From assembly GCA_002269645.1 (NCBI GenBank), contig NIVC01003564.1, positions 1 through 64,000 on the forward strand: 64,000 bases of DNA, read 5' to 3'. Positions 37,671 to 48,358 of this stretch are shown piece by piece. Below the pieces are notes generated by a model. That model worked only from the letters and a program-made list of their open reading frames with translations, was not told the origin of the DNA and did no database searches. Each line of letters begins with the position of its first letter. Within the stretch, counting starts at the first letter, position 1. The stretch is from Macrostomum lignano (lineage: Eukaryota). A program made the position numbers and the translations under genes.

Positions 37671-37869
37671 CTAGAAGGACAATTTTTATGGTATCGGCAC
37701 CACGTGTATGGAACTTAAGAAAAAAAATGAAAGAGAGGGAAGAGGGAGCAGAAGGGGAGGGAGAGAGGAGGGGAGGGAGAGGGAGGGAGCAGGAGGGAGG
37801 CAACAACATGTTCATGAATACGAGAGCAAGCCGCGACTGCGTATTGGAAACGGAGATTCGCTTTCCGAT

Positions 37870-39085
37870 CCGCCCTTGAGAGACGCGAGATGAGGAACTT
37901 GACGACTTCCCACTAACCATTTTTGCAGCAGATTCGGCAGCGTCGATGCAGCAGCGATCTCTGTTTGGTCAGCGACTTGTGGGACGACAAACTTGACGAC
38001 TCCCCACGGACCGTGCAACGCAGCCAGTCGAGCAGATGTATTGTGGCATGTGCAGGTGTATTGGGATATGTGCATGTGTATTGTGGTATGTACAGGTGTA
38101 TAGAGGTATGTACAGGTGTATTGGGGTATGTATAGGTGTATTGGGGTATTGCAGGTGTATTGGAGTATGTGCAGGTGTATTGGAGTATGTGCAGGTGTAT
38201 TGTGCAAAGCGCTGGGTCCGGACGAGGTGCCCATCAAGGCGGTGCACATCCACTGTGTGGTCAGTGAGGTCGCCGGAGTGATGAACCACGTGCTGTTCGG
38301 TTAGGAGGCACCCAACGAATCGACCACGGCGCACATCTTCGCAGTTCCTAAAAGCCGGGCACCACGAGACTTGAGGAGCATCGAGGCATCTGCCTTCAGT
38401 CCTGCGCTGCGAAGTTGTTCAACCGGATGCTGTTATTGCGGTTGCAGCCGGTGCTGGATCTGTACCTGCGTCCTGGGCAGAACGGCTTCCGACCCCATTG
38501 CAGCACAGTGACGCTGACCCTGGCTCTTCGGTGAGTCATCGAGGAGGCCCGGACCCGCCAAGTCTGCTGTTCCAACACCGGACGGACGGTCTATCGGACT
38601 TCTTGAGACATCCTCCGGGGTGCTTCAGGCAAATACGCTTGCGCCGTTCGTGTTCGTTCTGGTGCTTGACTGGGTGATGCGGACCGCTCTTCCTACCAAC
38701 GACGACGGCTTTCTGTTGCAGCGACACGTGGATCGACGTCAACTGGAGAGGCGGTTCAGCGTGCTTGGCTACGCCGACGATTTCGTCATTTTGTCCTTAA
38801 CTGTCGAGGGCACCCATCGACAACCGGAAAAGCTAGTCGGCCTGGTGGTCAACACGCAGAAGACCGTTGTGCTCAGCGTTTCGGACGACATCGAGGCTAC
38901 GATTTTTTACCAAGCCTCTGATGGACAGGCGACAGCTAGCTTCCACGGTGTCAGCTGTTCTTCTACATCGGTGGTCTTGTTCCCGGTGTCAGCGGGGATT
39001 TACGGTGTTGCCGCGGGCTTGCCTGGGCTGCCTTTCGTTCTGTGAGGGCAGTCCTGCATACCGAGGCCCTACCTGACCGCCAGAG
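37870..39085 (+). mobile_element. Decayed non-LTR retrotransposon (RTE-like) reverse transcriptase fragment
   Basis: KALGPD, KLFNRMLL.RLQPVLD..LRPGQNGFRP, GVLQ.NTLAPFVFVLVLDWVM and GYADD motifs, with stops, deletions and a minisatellite interruption. Confidence 0.8.
38035..38200. repeat. ~20-bp minisatellite (GTGTATTGGGGTATGTGCAG) interrupting the LINE; second array at ~39085..39215
   Basis: Direct reading. Confidence 0.85.
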
Positions 39086-39422
39086 GCAGGTGTATTTGGG
39101 TATGTGCAGGTGTACTGGGGCATGTGCAGGTGCATTGGGACATGTGCAGATGTATTGGGGCATGTGCAGGTGTATTGGGGCATGTGCAGATGTATTGGGG
39201 CATGTGCAGGTGCATTGGGTCTCCCCCAATGTGTCTCTGTGTTGGTTTTGCTTACAATACTGAGATGCTCAGCTCCATCACCCATCTGCCCAGATACGCA
39301 GGGGGTGGGCTGCCTGAGGCTGCTTGTTAAATTTCGGAGCCCAGATGCTTGAGTGTCAGAGACTGTGTCCGTGCCTGAGCTGGATCAGGATGTCAGAAGC
39401 TGGATGTCAGGGAGGGGTTAGC

Positions 39423-39545
39423 TCCAGGGGCGCCAGCACCAGGGGCGCCAGCACCAGGGGCGCCAGCACCAGGGGCGCCAGCACCAGGGGCGCCAGCACC
39501 AGGGGCGCCAGCACCAGGGGCGCCAGCACCAGGGACGCCAGCACA
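39423..39545. repeat. 15-bp minisatellite (CCAGGGGCGCCAGCA), ~8 copies
   Basis: Direct reading. Confidence 0.92.
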
Positions 39546-40689
39546 TTTTCCAAACATAGTCTGAGTAGAGCATTCTGAGTAGAGTGAATTCAGAGTAGAG
39601 CATTTTTTCAGTGAGCAATCTCAAGCCCAATTGACAGCTCACTCCAACGCCGGCCCAGCAGACTGAAACAGGGCATAGCAGGACTCACCAATCGCCAGTT
39701 ATGATTATGAACTCGCCAGTCTGCTGATGGAGCGGCAGGGTGCAGAGACTCGCAGGGCGCAGAGAAGGCGGAACTAAAAGCAGACAGGAGGCTCTGCAGC
39801 AAGCAAACACGGCAATTTAGATAAAAGGAAGAGGCAGAGAGGGCAGAAGCAGAGAGACTAAATAATGCAGCAGTGAGCTGGAGGGAAGGCTGGGAGAGAA
39901 AAGGGAACGTACGGAGCCGTCACTGAAAGTCATTGCCGTACATCGGGAGGGCTGACAGCTCAAGTGCAGGAATCCCTACCCCTCGGACAAATGAGAAGAA
40001 CTTGACTGCACATTGGCTGAAGTGGGGTCGCGCACATTGGAAAGCGGAACCTCTGCCCCACCACATAACAATGGATGGGCAGTAGACGTGGAAGGCCCAG
40101 GCGGCCCAAGCCGGTTCGTTTCCAAAGAGCAGCTTGTGAAGATTGGCGAAGGCAGCTCATTTTTGGTGTAGAGATCTCCGAAATACAGTTTAAGCAAACT
40201 ACTAGAAGTAGTATGATAAAAATATGTAAAAACAAAGTTCTAAATGCTAGCGCTCACACTCTAGTCTTGAAATATCACGAAAACAGTGAATGACCGTTTC
40301 GCAACATTTAATGTTGGAACTTCCAATATGGTAAATGATGCCCGAAGCTATTGTATTCACAAGAATCCTACTCAACTTTCAAAGGGTCAAATTCCTAAGG
40401 AATGAACCCGTCACCTCTGAGCGAAAAATCCGAGCTAAAATCTCCGACTCGGAGCAGCCTCAAGAGGGCTTGAGAACATCCAAGAACTACGAGGCTACAT
40501 CTCTGAGAGAAGTAGATACCGTTCGGTAAGCCTTTGTTGGAGTCTTTGTTATCTGATTATTGAGAGCTTTGGTTTTGCCGGTCGTTACTGATCAGCTGAT
40601 TTCTACAGAGTTTATCGAATTTGAGGCCTCCCTATTGCTAAGGGATTGGAAAGGATCTGCGGACCGATTCCGATACTCTTAGACGTCTA

Positions 40690-41472
40690 TTGATTGGTTG
40701 GTTTTGGCACCCTAAGAGTAACCGATAGGGGCAGATGATCCTATTGATTGATTGGTTTTGGTACCCTAAGAGTAACCGATAGGGGCAGATGACTATTAAT
40801 TTGGTTGGTTTTGGCACCCTAAGAGTAACCGATAGGGGCAGATGACTATTGATTGGTTGGTTTTGGTACCCTAAGAGTAACCGATAGGGGCAGATGACTA
40901 TTGATTGATTGGTTTTGGCACCCTAAGAGTAACCGATAGGGGCATATGACTATTGATTGATTGGTTTTGGCACCCTAAGAGTAACCGATAGGGGCATATG
41001 ACTATTGATTGATTGGTTTTGGCACCCTAAGAGTAACCGATAGGGGCAGATGACTATTGATTGATTGGTTTTGGCACCCTAAGAGTAACCGATAGGGGCA
41101 TATGACTATTGATTGATTGGTTTTGGCACCCTAAGAGTAACCGATAGGGGCAGATGACTATTGATTGGTTGGTTTTGGCACCCTAAGAGTAACCGATAGG
41201 GGCAGATGACTATTGATTGGTTGGTTTTGGTACCCTAAGAGTAACCGATAGGGGCAGATGACTATTGATTGGTTGGTTTTGGCACCCTAAGAGTAACCGA
41301 TAGGGGCAGATGACTATTGATTGGTTGGTTTTGGCACCCTAAGAGTAACCGATAGGGGCAGATGACTATTGATTGGTTGGTTTTGGTACCCTAAGAGTAA
41401 CCGATAGGGGCAGCTGACTATTGATTGGTTGGTTTTGGCACCCTAAGAGTAACCGATAGGGGCAGATGACTC
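40690..41472. repeat. 52-bp minisatellite, ~15 copies
   Basis: Unit GATTGGTTGGTTTTGGCACCCTAAGAGTAACCGATAGGGGCAGATGACTATT; anchors 52 nt apart. Confidence 0.95.
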
Positions 41473-41994
41473 CGATTCCGTGATTTCTAGAAGACGCGCT
41501 TCCTGGAGGACCTCGTTATTGTTAAAGAGTTGACTTCGTTCTTAGGGTCTTCGATTTTGATTATTGATTTCGAAGAATACACTAACGTCGGCGGATTGAA
41601 TTGTTACGTTCACTAAGTGCTCTCACACTCGGCCCACTTCAGAATCCAAGAAACTCCGGAGGAATACTGCATTGAGGAGACGAGCTCTGCGGACCTGCCC
41701 GACAAAGAAGAGGAGCCCGCAAGAGTCACTGATCACTGAATTCTGTTCCCAGGCTTGCGGTCTGGAAGTGGGAGTCCGTGCGTTTTGACACTAGACTTAA
41801 TCGTCTCTCTCTCTCTTTCCCTCTCTCTAGTGTGCTAAAGCGAACTCTTCATTGGTTCGATCAAAATTATCAATAAGTTCGGAATAGCTGAAACTGAATT
41901 TGGCAACTGACATCTTCACAACTGGCACTAGTTTCATTGGAATCTGAGCACGAGTTCAGTTTTTATAGAATTATATGCATCATTTTCCCTCCTG

Positions 41995-42640
41995 CTCCTG
42001 CATTGCGGCCTGGCATTGGCGCCCTTTTCCTGCTGCCCCTGCATTGCGGCCTGGCATTGGCGCCCTTTTCCTGCTGCCCCTGCATTGCAGCCTGGCATTG
42101 GCGCCCTTTTCCTGCTGCCCCTGCATTGCGGCCTGGCATTGGCGCCCTTTTCCTGCTGCCCCTGCATTGCGGCCTGGCATTGGCGCCCTTTTCCTGCTGC
42201 CCCTGCATTGCGGCCTGGCATTGGCGCCCTTTTCCTGCTGCCCCTGCATTGCAGCCTGGCATTGGCGCCCTTTTCCTGCTGCCCCTGCATTGCGGCCTGG
42301 CATTGGCGCCCTTTTCCTGCTGCCCCTGCATTGCAGCCTGGCATTGGCGCCCTTTTCCTGCTGCCCCTGCATTGCGGCCTGGCATTGGCGCCCTTTTCCT
42401 GCTGCCCCTGCATTGCGGCCTGGCATTGGCGCCCTTTTCCTGCTGCCCCTGCATTGCGGCCTGGCATTGGCGCCCTTTTCCTGCTGCCCCTGCATTGCGG
42501 CCAGGCATTGGCGCCCTTTTCCTGCTGCCCCTGCATTGCAGCCTGGCATTGGCGCCCTTTTCCTGCTGCCCCTGCATTGCGGCCTGGCATTGGCGCCCTT
42601 TTCCTGCTGCCCCTGCATTGCGGCCAGGCATTGGCGCCCT
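41995..42640. repeat. 41-bp minisatellite, ~16 copies
   Basis: Unit GCATTGCGGCCTGGCATTGGCGCCCTTTTCCTGCTGCCCCT. Confidence 0.95.
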
Positions 42641-43479
42641 TTGACAAAGGTGTTGCAAGAAAAAACATTTGAAGTACATTTTTCTTGCCTTGATCCGACA
42701 TCTGGGTCCGCCTTGGCTGCTCCAGGACCTTATCCTGCATTTCGAAGCCGGCAAGAATTTGTTCCGATGTCGCCAGCTTGGCCTCGTGCAGATCTGCCAG
42801 TCTGCCTTCCCAGACCCGGCCTCTCTTCAGTGACGATTTCGTCCTGTCTTTTTGTGCTGTCCGAATGACTTTCCAGCTGCGGCATGAGCTCGGCTTCAGT
42901 AAGCGACTGGCGTTGAAGCTTTCTTAGAAATCGGTCTCTCTTCTCCGAAGCTGAAGCTGTTTTGCTTCAGAGCGCAGCGCTTCAGGTCCTTCAGATTTCG
43001 GTCTTCCTTGTGCAGGCGGCGGATGTGCGAGTTGACGGCCTCCCTGGTGGCCCGCCATGCACTGCAAATGCGGCACTGCTGGGAGGTCTGGGATGCCGCA
43101 CTTGCGTGTGCGCTACAGTTGCTTCACAGTGACATCAGTAGCCGGCTTCAACTCTCTGCGGCGATTTTTCAGATCCTCCATTTTTTAGCACTTTGGCCAT
43201 CTTCGGACAGGCTGGCTGAGCCTCGATTGTGCGATCCCGACCGAGTCGTATGGGCAGATGTGGGACTCGCCTGCTCACTGCTTCTTGGGATCATCCTCCG
43301 CTGGCAAAGGGTTGTCCGGGGGGGGGTATTTTTGACTGGCGACACTTGCAGATACAACAGTTCAGAACAAATAACTATATGTATTCACTTTTTCGGCAAA
43401 GGTCGGATTCCAGCCAATAGAGAGCCCCACTATAACAGAATTTTAAACAAAGCTTTTATCCTTCAGCCAGTAGTGACAT

Positions 43480-44135
43480 GCGGAGAGGGAGAGGCGGGAG
43501 AGGGAGAGGCGGGAGAGGGAGAGGCGAGAGAGGGAGAGGCGAGAGAGGGTGAGGCGGGAGAGGGAGAGGCGGGAGAGGGAGAGGCGAGAGAGGGAGAGGC
43601 GGGAGAGGGAGAGGCGGGTGAGGGAGAGGCGGGAGAGGGAGAGGCGGGAGAGGGAGAGGCGGAGAGGGAGAGGCGGGAGAGGGAGAGGCGGGAGAGGGAG
43701 AGGCGGGAGAGGGAGAGGCGGGAGAGGGAGAGGCGGGAGAGGGAGAGGCGGGAGAGGGAGAGGCGGGAGAGGGAGAGTCGGGAGAGGTAGAGGCGGGAGA
43801 GGGAGAGGCGAGAGAGGGAGAGGCGAGAGAGGGTGAGGCGGGAGAGGGAGAGGCGGGAGAGGGAGAGTCGAGAGAGGGAGAGGCGGGAGAGGGAAAGACA
43901 GGAGAGGGAGAGGCGGGAGAGGGAGAGGCGGGAGAGGGAGAGGCGGGAGAGGGAAAGGCAGGAGATGGAGAGGCGGGAGAGGGAGAGGCGGGAGAGGGAG
44001 AGGCGGGAGAGGGAGAGGCGGGAGAGGGAGAGGCGGGAGAGGGAGAGGCGGGAGAGGGAGAGGCGGGAGAGGGAGAGGCGGGAGAGGGAGAGGCGGGAGA
44101 GGGAGAGGCGGGAGAGGGAGAGGCGTGAGAGGGAG
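43480..44135. repeat. 15-bp G-rich minisatellite (paralog of 19248..19915)
   Basis: Direct reading. Confidence 0.95.
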
Positions 44136-44519
44136 AGGCATCAGCATCGGTGCGGCAGTCAGCAGCTCTGATCTCCAGCTCGGCAGCAGGCAGTCAATTC
44201 CGTCAAGAAGGTGCACAGCCGCCTCCGTGTCAGCTGCAGCTGCCGCCACGAGCAGGCGGAATGCACTGCCGAAGCGGCTCTCGCTGTGGCACCCAGTGGC
44301 TGAGCATTGAATGCTGTTCGGCTTTGAGCTCCGAATAAAAGTTGGGTGGCGGATATGAGATTTTCATGAATAAGGCTCGTTGTTCATTGGTTCTAATTTC
44401 TGGTTGCGAATGATGCAGAAGAAAGAAGCTGGATTGGAGAATTGTTCGGGTTTGAGCACTGCTTCTGAAAAGCATTCTCAGCTTTAGATTGAAGATGCGT
44501 TGCAATAGAGATATAGTTT

Positions 44520-44645
44520 CCTTAGCAACCGGATGAGCTTGCTGATGTCCTTAGCAACCGGATAAGCTTGCTGATTTCCTTAGCAACCGGATGAGCTTGC
44601 TCATTTCCTTAGCAACCGGATGAGCTTAATGAATGCCCTAGCAAC
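44520..44645. repeat. 29-bp tandem repeat (CTTAGCAACCGGATGAGCTTGCTGATGTC), ~4 copies
   Basis: Direct reading. Confidence 0.85.
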
Positions 44646-45599
44646 TGGGCTTTCCCAGGAACACTCGTGGAAAATAGTTATAGTTTATGATCTAGACTAT
44701 AACTAGAACCCCTTAGCAATCCCCTTAGCAATCAGTTTTGTTTTTTTCACAGCCACGATAAAAATTGAATGCCGAATTTGCTGGTTCTCTAATGAAGCTG
44801 GAGTTGATGAGGCTCTCAAAAAAATGGGATTCGATACTGACGGATTCAAAACCGGCAGTGCAGAGAGATCAGAATTCTAAATGAGTCGAGCACTCAACGC
44901 ATGCCGGTTGGTGAGCATCTGAGCAGCTGCAGGCAGGCGACAGAGCCCACGTATTTTACAAGTTTTGTGCAGGTTACCATGGATTATGGGGAAATTTGCA
45001 GTTTTGTGTCCAATCGGCGTTTGCTGATTTGCAAACACCCCCTCCCCCCAAGTCAACCCCCCTCTGCACTGCACCCCTCCGCCGTGAGGTTCTTACTCAG
45101 CCTGCCTCACTCTTCTCCCCTTTTCGCACTGCATGAGTTTTTTCGCTCGCACGGAGTGGCGCGAGTGCTGACTTGGCTGCAATTGCCGAGATTTCAATTG
45201 ACCAAATGACTGCAAGGCAGCTTAGAGATCGTCTACGCGTACTGGGGCTGCCCAGTGGCCGTCGCAAGCGAGACTTCAACTGGAACGAGCCATTTTCCAA
45301 TCATGCCAAGCGACATGGACGGTCAACAGCCACTCACTCAGCACTGCAGCAGCGATGACGATGAGGAACCGCGCCGCAGGGCACCGACGATCTGAAGCTG
45401 CTTCCGGTTGATAGACGGAGAGCCCAGATCACTGTGCTAGACAGACGGAGAAGCACAGATACAACGTATTTGAGAGCTGAGCGTATTTGAGCAAAGCAAC
45501 TCAAACTACTGAAGTACAGATTGGGGAATTTTATCATTTTTATCGCTTTCTGACCAGTACGAAAACAGCAATAATTGAAATAATTGGAGTGTAGCTGAT

Positions 45600-46430
45600 G
45601 CTCATGTGGGAGCTGTCAGGCTGTCAGTCACTGAATGTTCATGAGGGAACTGTCAGTCACTGAATGCTCAAGAGTGAGCTGTCAGGCTGTCAGTCACTGA
45701 ATGCTCATGAGTGAGCTGTCAGGCTGTCAGTCACTGAATGCTCATGAGGGAACTGTCAGTCACTGAATGCTCATGAGGGAACTGTCAGTCACTGAATGCT
45801 CATGAGGGAACTGTCAGTCACTGAATGCTCATGAGGGAACTGTCAGTCACTGAATGCTCATGAGTGAGCTGTCAGGCTGTCAGTCACTGAATGCTCATGA
45901 GGGAGCTGTCAGGCTGTCAGTCACTGAATGAGGGAGCTGTCAGGCTGTCAGTCACTGAATGCTCATGAGTGAGCTGTCAGGCTGTCAGTCACTGAATGCT
46001 CATGAGGGAGCTGTCAGGCTGTCAGTCACTGAATGTTCATGAGGGAGCTGTCAGGCTGTCAGTCACTGAATGTTCATGAGGGAGCTGTCAGGCTGTCAGT
46101 CACTGAATGCTCATGTGGGAGCTGTCAGGCTGTCAGTCACTGAATGCTCATGAGTGAGCTGTCAGGCTGTCAGTCACTGAATGCTCATGAGGGAGCTGTC
46201 AGGCTGTCAGTCACTGAATGTTCATGAGGGAGCTGTCAGGCTGTCAGTCACTGAATGTTCATGAGGGAGCTGTCAGGCTGTCAGTCACTGAATGCTCATG
46301 TGGGAGCTGTCAGGCTGTCAGTCACTGAATGCTCATGAGGGAGCTGTCAGGCTGTCAGTCACTGAATGCTCATGAGGGAGCTGTCAGGCTGTCAGTCACT
46401 GAATGCTCATGAGGGAGCTGTCAGGCTGTC
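45600..46430. repeat. 37-bp minisatellite, ~23 copies with shorter variants, 3' of copy D
   Basis: Direct reading. Confidence 0.95.
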
Positions 46431-46728
46431 AAAAGTACCTATAAAATATCTAGCTATCTATTCTAAAAAGCATTGGCAATTGGGCATTGAAGTCCGCAGA
46501 ACAAAATCGCAGAGAAAAGCCCGCATCAAAGCAGACACGCAGTTTGAACAGAAAAAGCAATTCAGCATGCAGTGCGAACTGAATTGCAGCACAAGTGTAC
46601 ATGAACTGGAGTTCATAGCAGAAGGGCTGCTCGCACTCGATGGCTGAAAAGGAAGGAAAATATAAAGACAATTTACAGCAAAACGGTAAAAGTACACAGT
46701 TTTTGTCTGAAATTCGAGTCCAGAAAAA

Positions 46729-48358
46729 TTAATAAATCTGAGTAAGGAAGTCCTCAGGTCCCTGCAGTCTCATTCGAATAAGCTTGGCGTGAATCCAGCT
46801 GTCTCTCTGCTCTGCTGCTGTTTCCATGGCAACGAGGCGACCCAAGTCGGCCCCGTCTCGCCGCAGCCTCGCCCTAGCCCACAGCCTCCGCTCCTCATCT
46901 TCCATGCTGCGGTGAGCGCCGCTGTCGCTGCCGCTGCGGTTCGAAACTCGCCACCGCTTCTGCCTGACCCAGCCGATCTTCTCCTCGTCCTGCGTCTCCA
47001 TGGCGACGCGTCTCTCTTTCTCGATCATCTCCATCTGCTGCAGGCTGAGCTCCACGTGCTCGCGGCAGTCGCTGTAGTGAGCCAGAGTGAGCAGCTCCTC
47101 CAAGTCCGGGTCTCCAAGCAGCTGTTCAATCCAATGATCGAATGCGATTGCAGGTGCGCGATTGCGGAGCAGCTCAGCTTGGAGACTCCAGCTCAGGCAG
47201 CGGAAGTTCACGTACAGGTGGGAGGAGAGAGGCTGCGACAGTCTGGCTGTGAACAGAGTCTGCGTGAACTCGGGAAGGAATGGGAAGCGAGGCGGAGAGT
47301 CGCAGGGGAGGCAGAACCTCCACGCCCAGTCTGAGTATTCTGGCAGTTTTATATCACTCAAACTCCATTTGCGACTCTCATCTCGAATATCCTGCGGCTT
47401 CAACCCTGACTCAAGCTGATGTCTCTGCAGCTCCATCGCGAGTCTCTCAGCCTCCTCAGATTCTCCGAACTTCAAATGCGTCATGGCGTCATGCACAGGG
47501 CGGCGCACTTGCACCACTGCTGCTCATGCAGGAGACTGAGCTGCCTCATCCGGGTGTTTCTGTCGCTCGATTCCGACTGCAGCTCGCTCACACACTCGTG
47601 CACCACACTGTACACATCTGCGAACTTGTAGTACTTTTTGGGACATTCACTTCTTTCCCGGATCTTCGTGACAGCAGGCGGCGCTGTTAAAGGCAGCAGA
47701 GTGAACGGGTGAAAGTAGAACTTTTCTGACTGCAGAGGTCTCACGTGTGTTCTCAGCTGCTCGACCACTCTGTCAATGTCGCTTCTCAGCTCACGAAGTC
47801 GGTCTCGAACCCTCGACTTCGTGTTGTCGAAGTCGCCGCCGATTCCAGCGTTCTTGAAGTAGAGCGGAGCGTCGGGCATGAAGAAGTGCGGCATGCACTC
47901 ATTGGGCGACCTCCTTGACCTCATAAATTTAAGCATCATGTCGAGCGACTCCTTGAGCAGAGCGATCAGATTGTGGGGCTGCCAAGCCTCAGTTTCAGGA
48001 CTTTTGCCATACCTCTCCAGCATTGCGAAGAGCAGAGTCTTTGCATGGTAGGTCTTGAGTCCAGGTGTGTCCAGAGTGAGCGGCAAGTGTCTCTTGAAGA
48101 TGAACTTGATGAGTGTGAACAGCTGGCCCTGGACTGTGCTCAGCCGTCTCATGATGTCTTTCTCTTGGAAGCTGAAGCTCACTCTGAGCTCGTTGGTCGA
48201 GCTCGGTCTGGTCGCGCGAACGAGGTGAACACAATTATCGTTTTTAATTAGTTTTCTAACTCTGCCTACACAGAAGCTGCTGCAGCAGTGAATCGCATGG
48301 CACGTGTCCTGTGCAGGCCGCACACCGCACGCCGTGGCTGTCACAGCAGGTTGGCTGC
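46729..48358 (-). CDS. Exon 4 of copy D: Mab-21 C-terminal lobe plus helical tail (one 1-nt indel)
   Basis: ORFs 47481..48575 and 46729..47517; acceptor at 48359. Confidence 0.8.
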
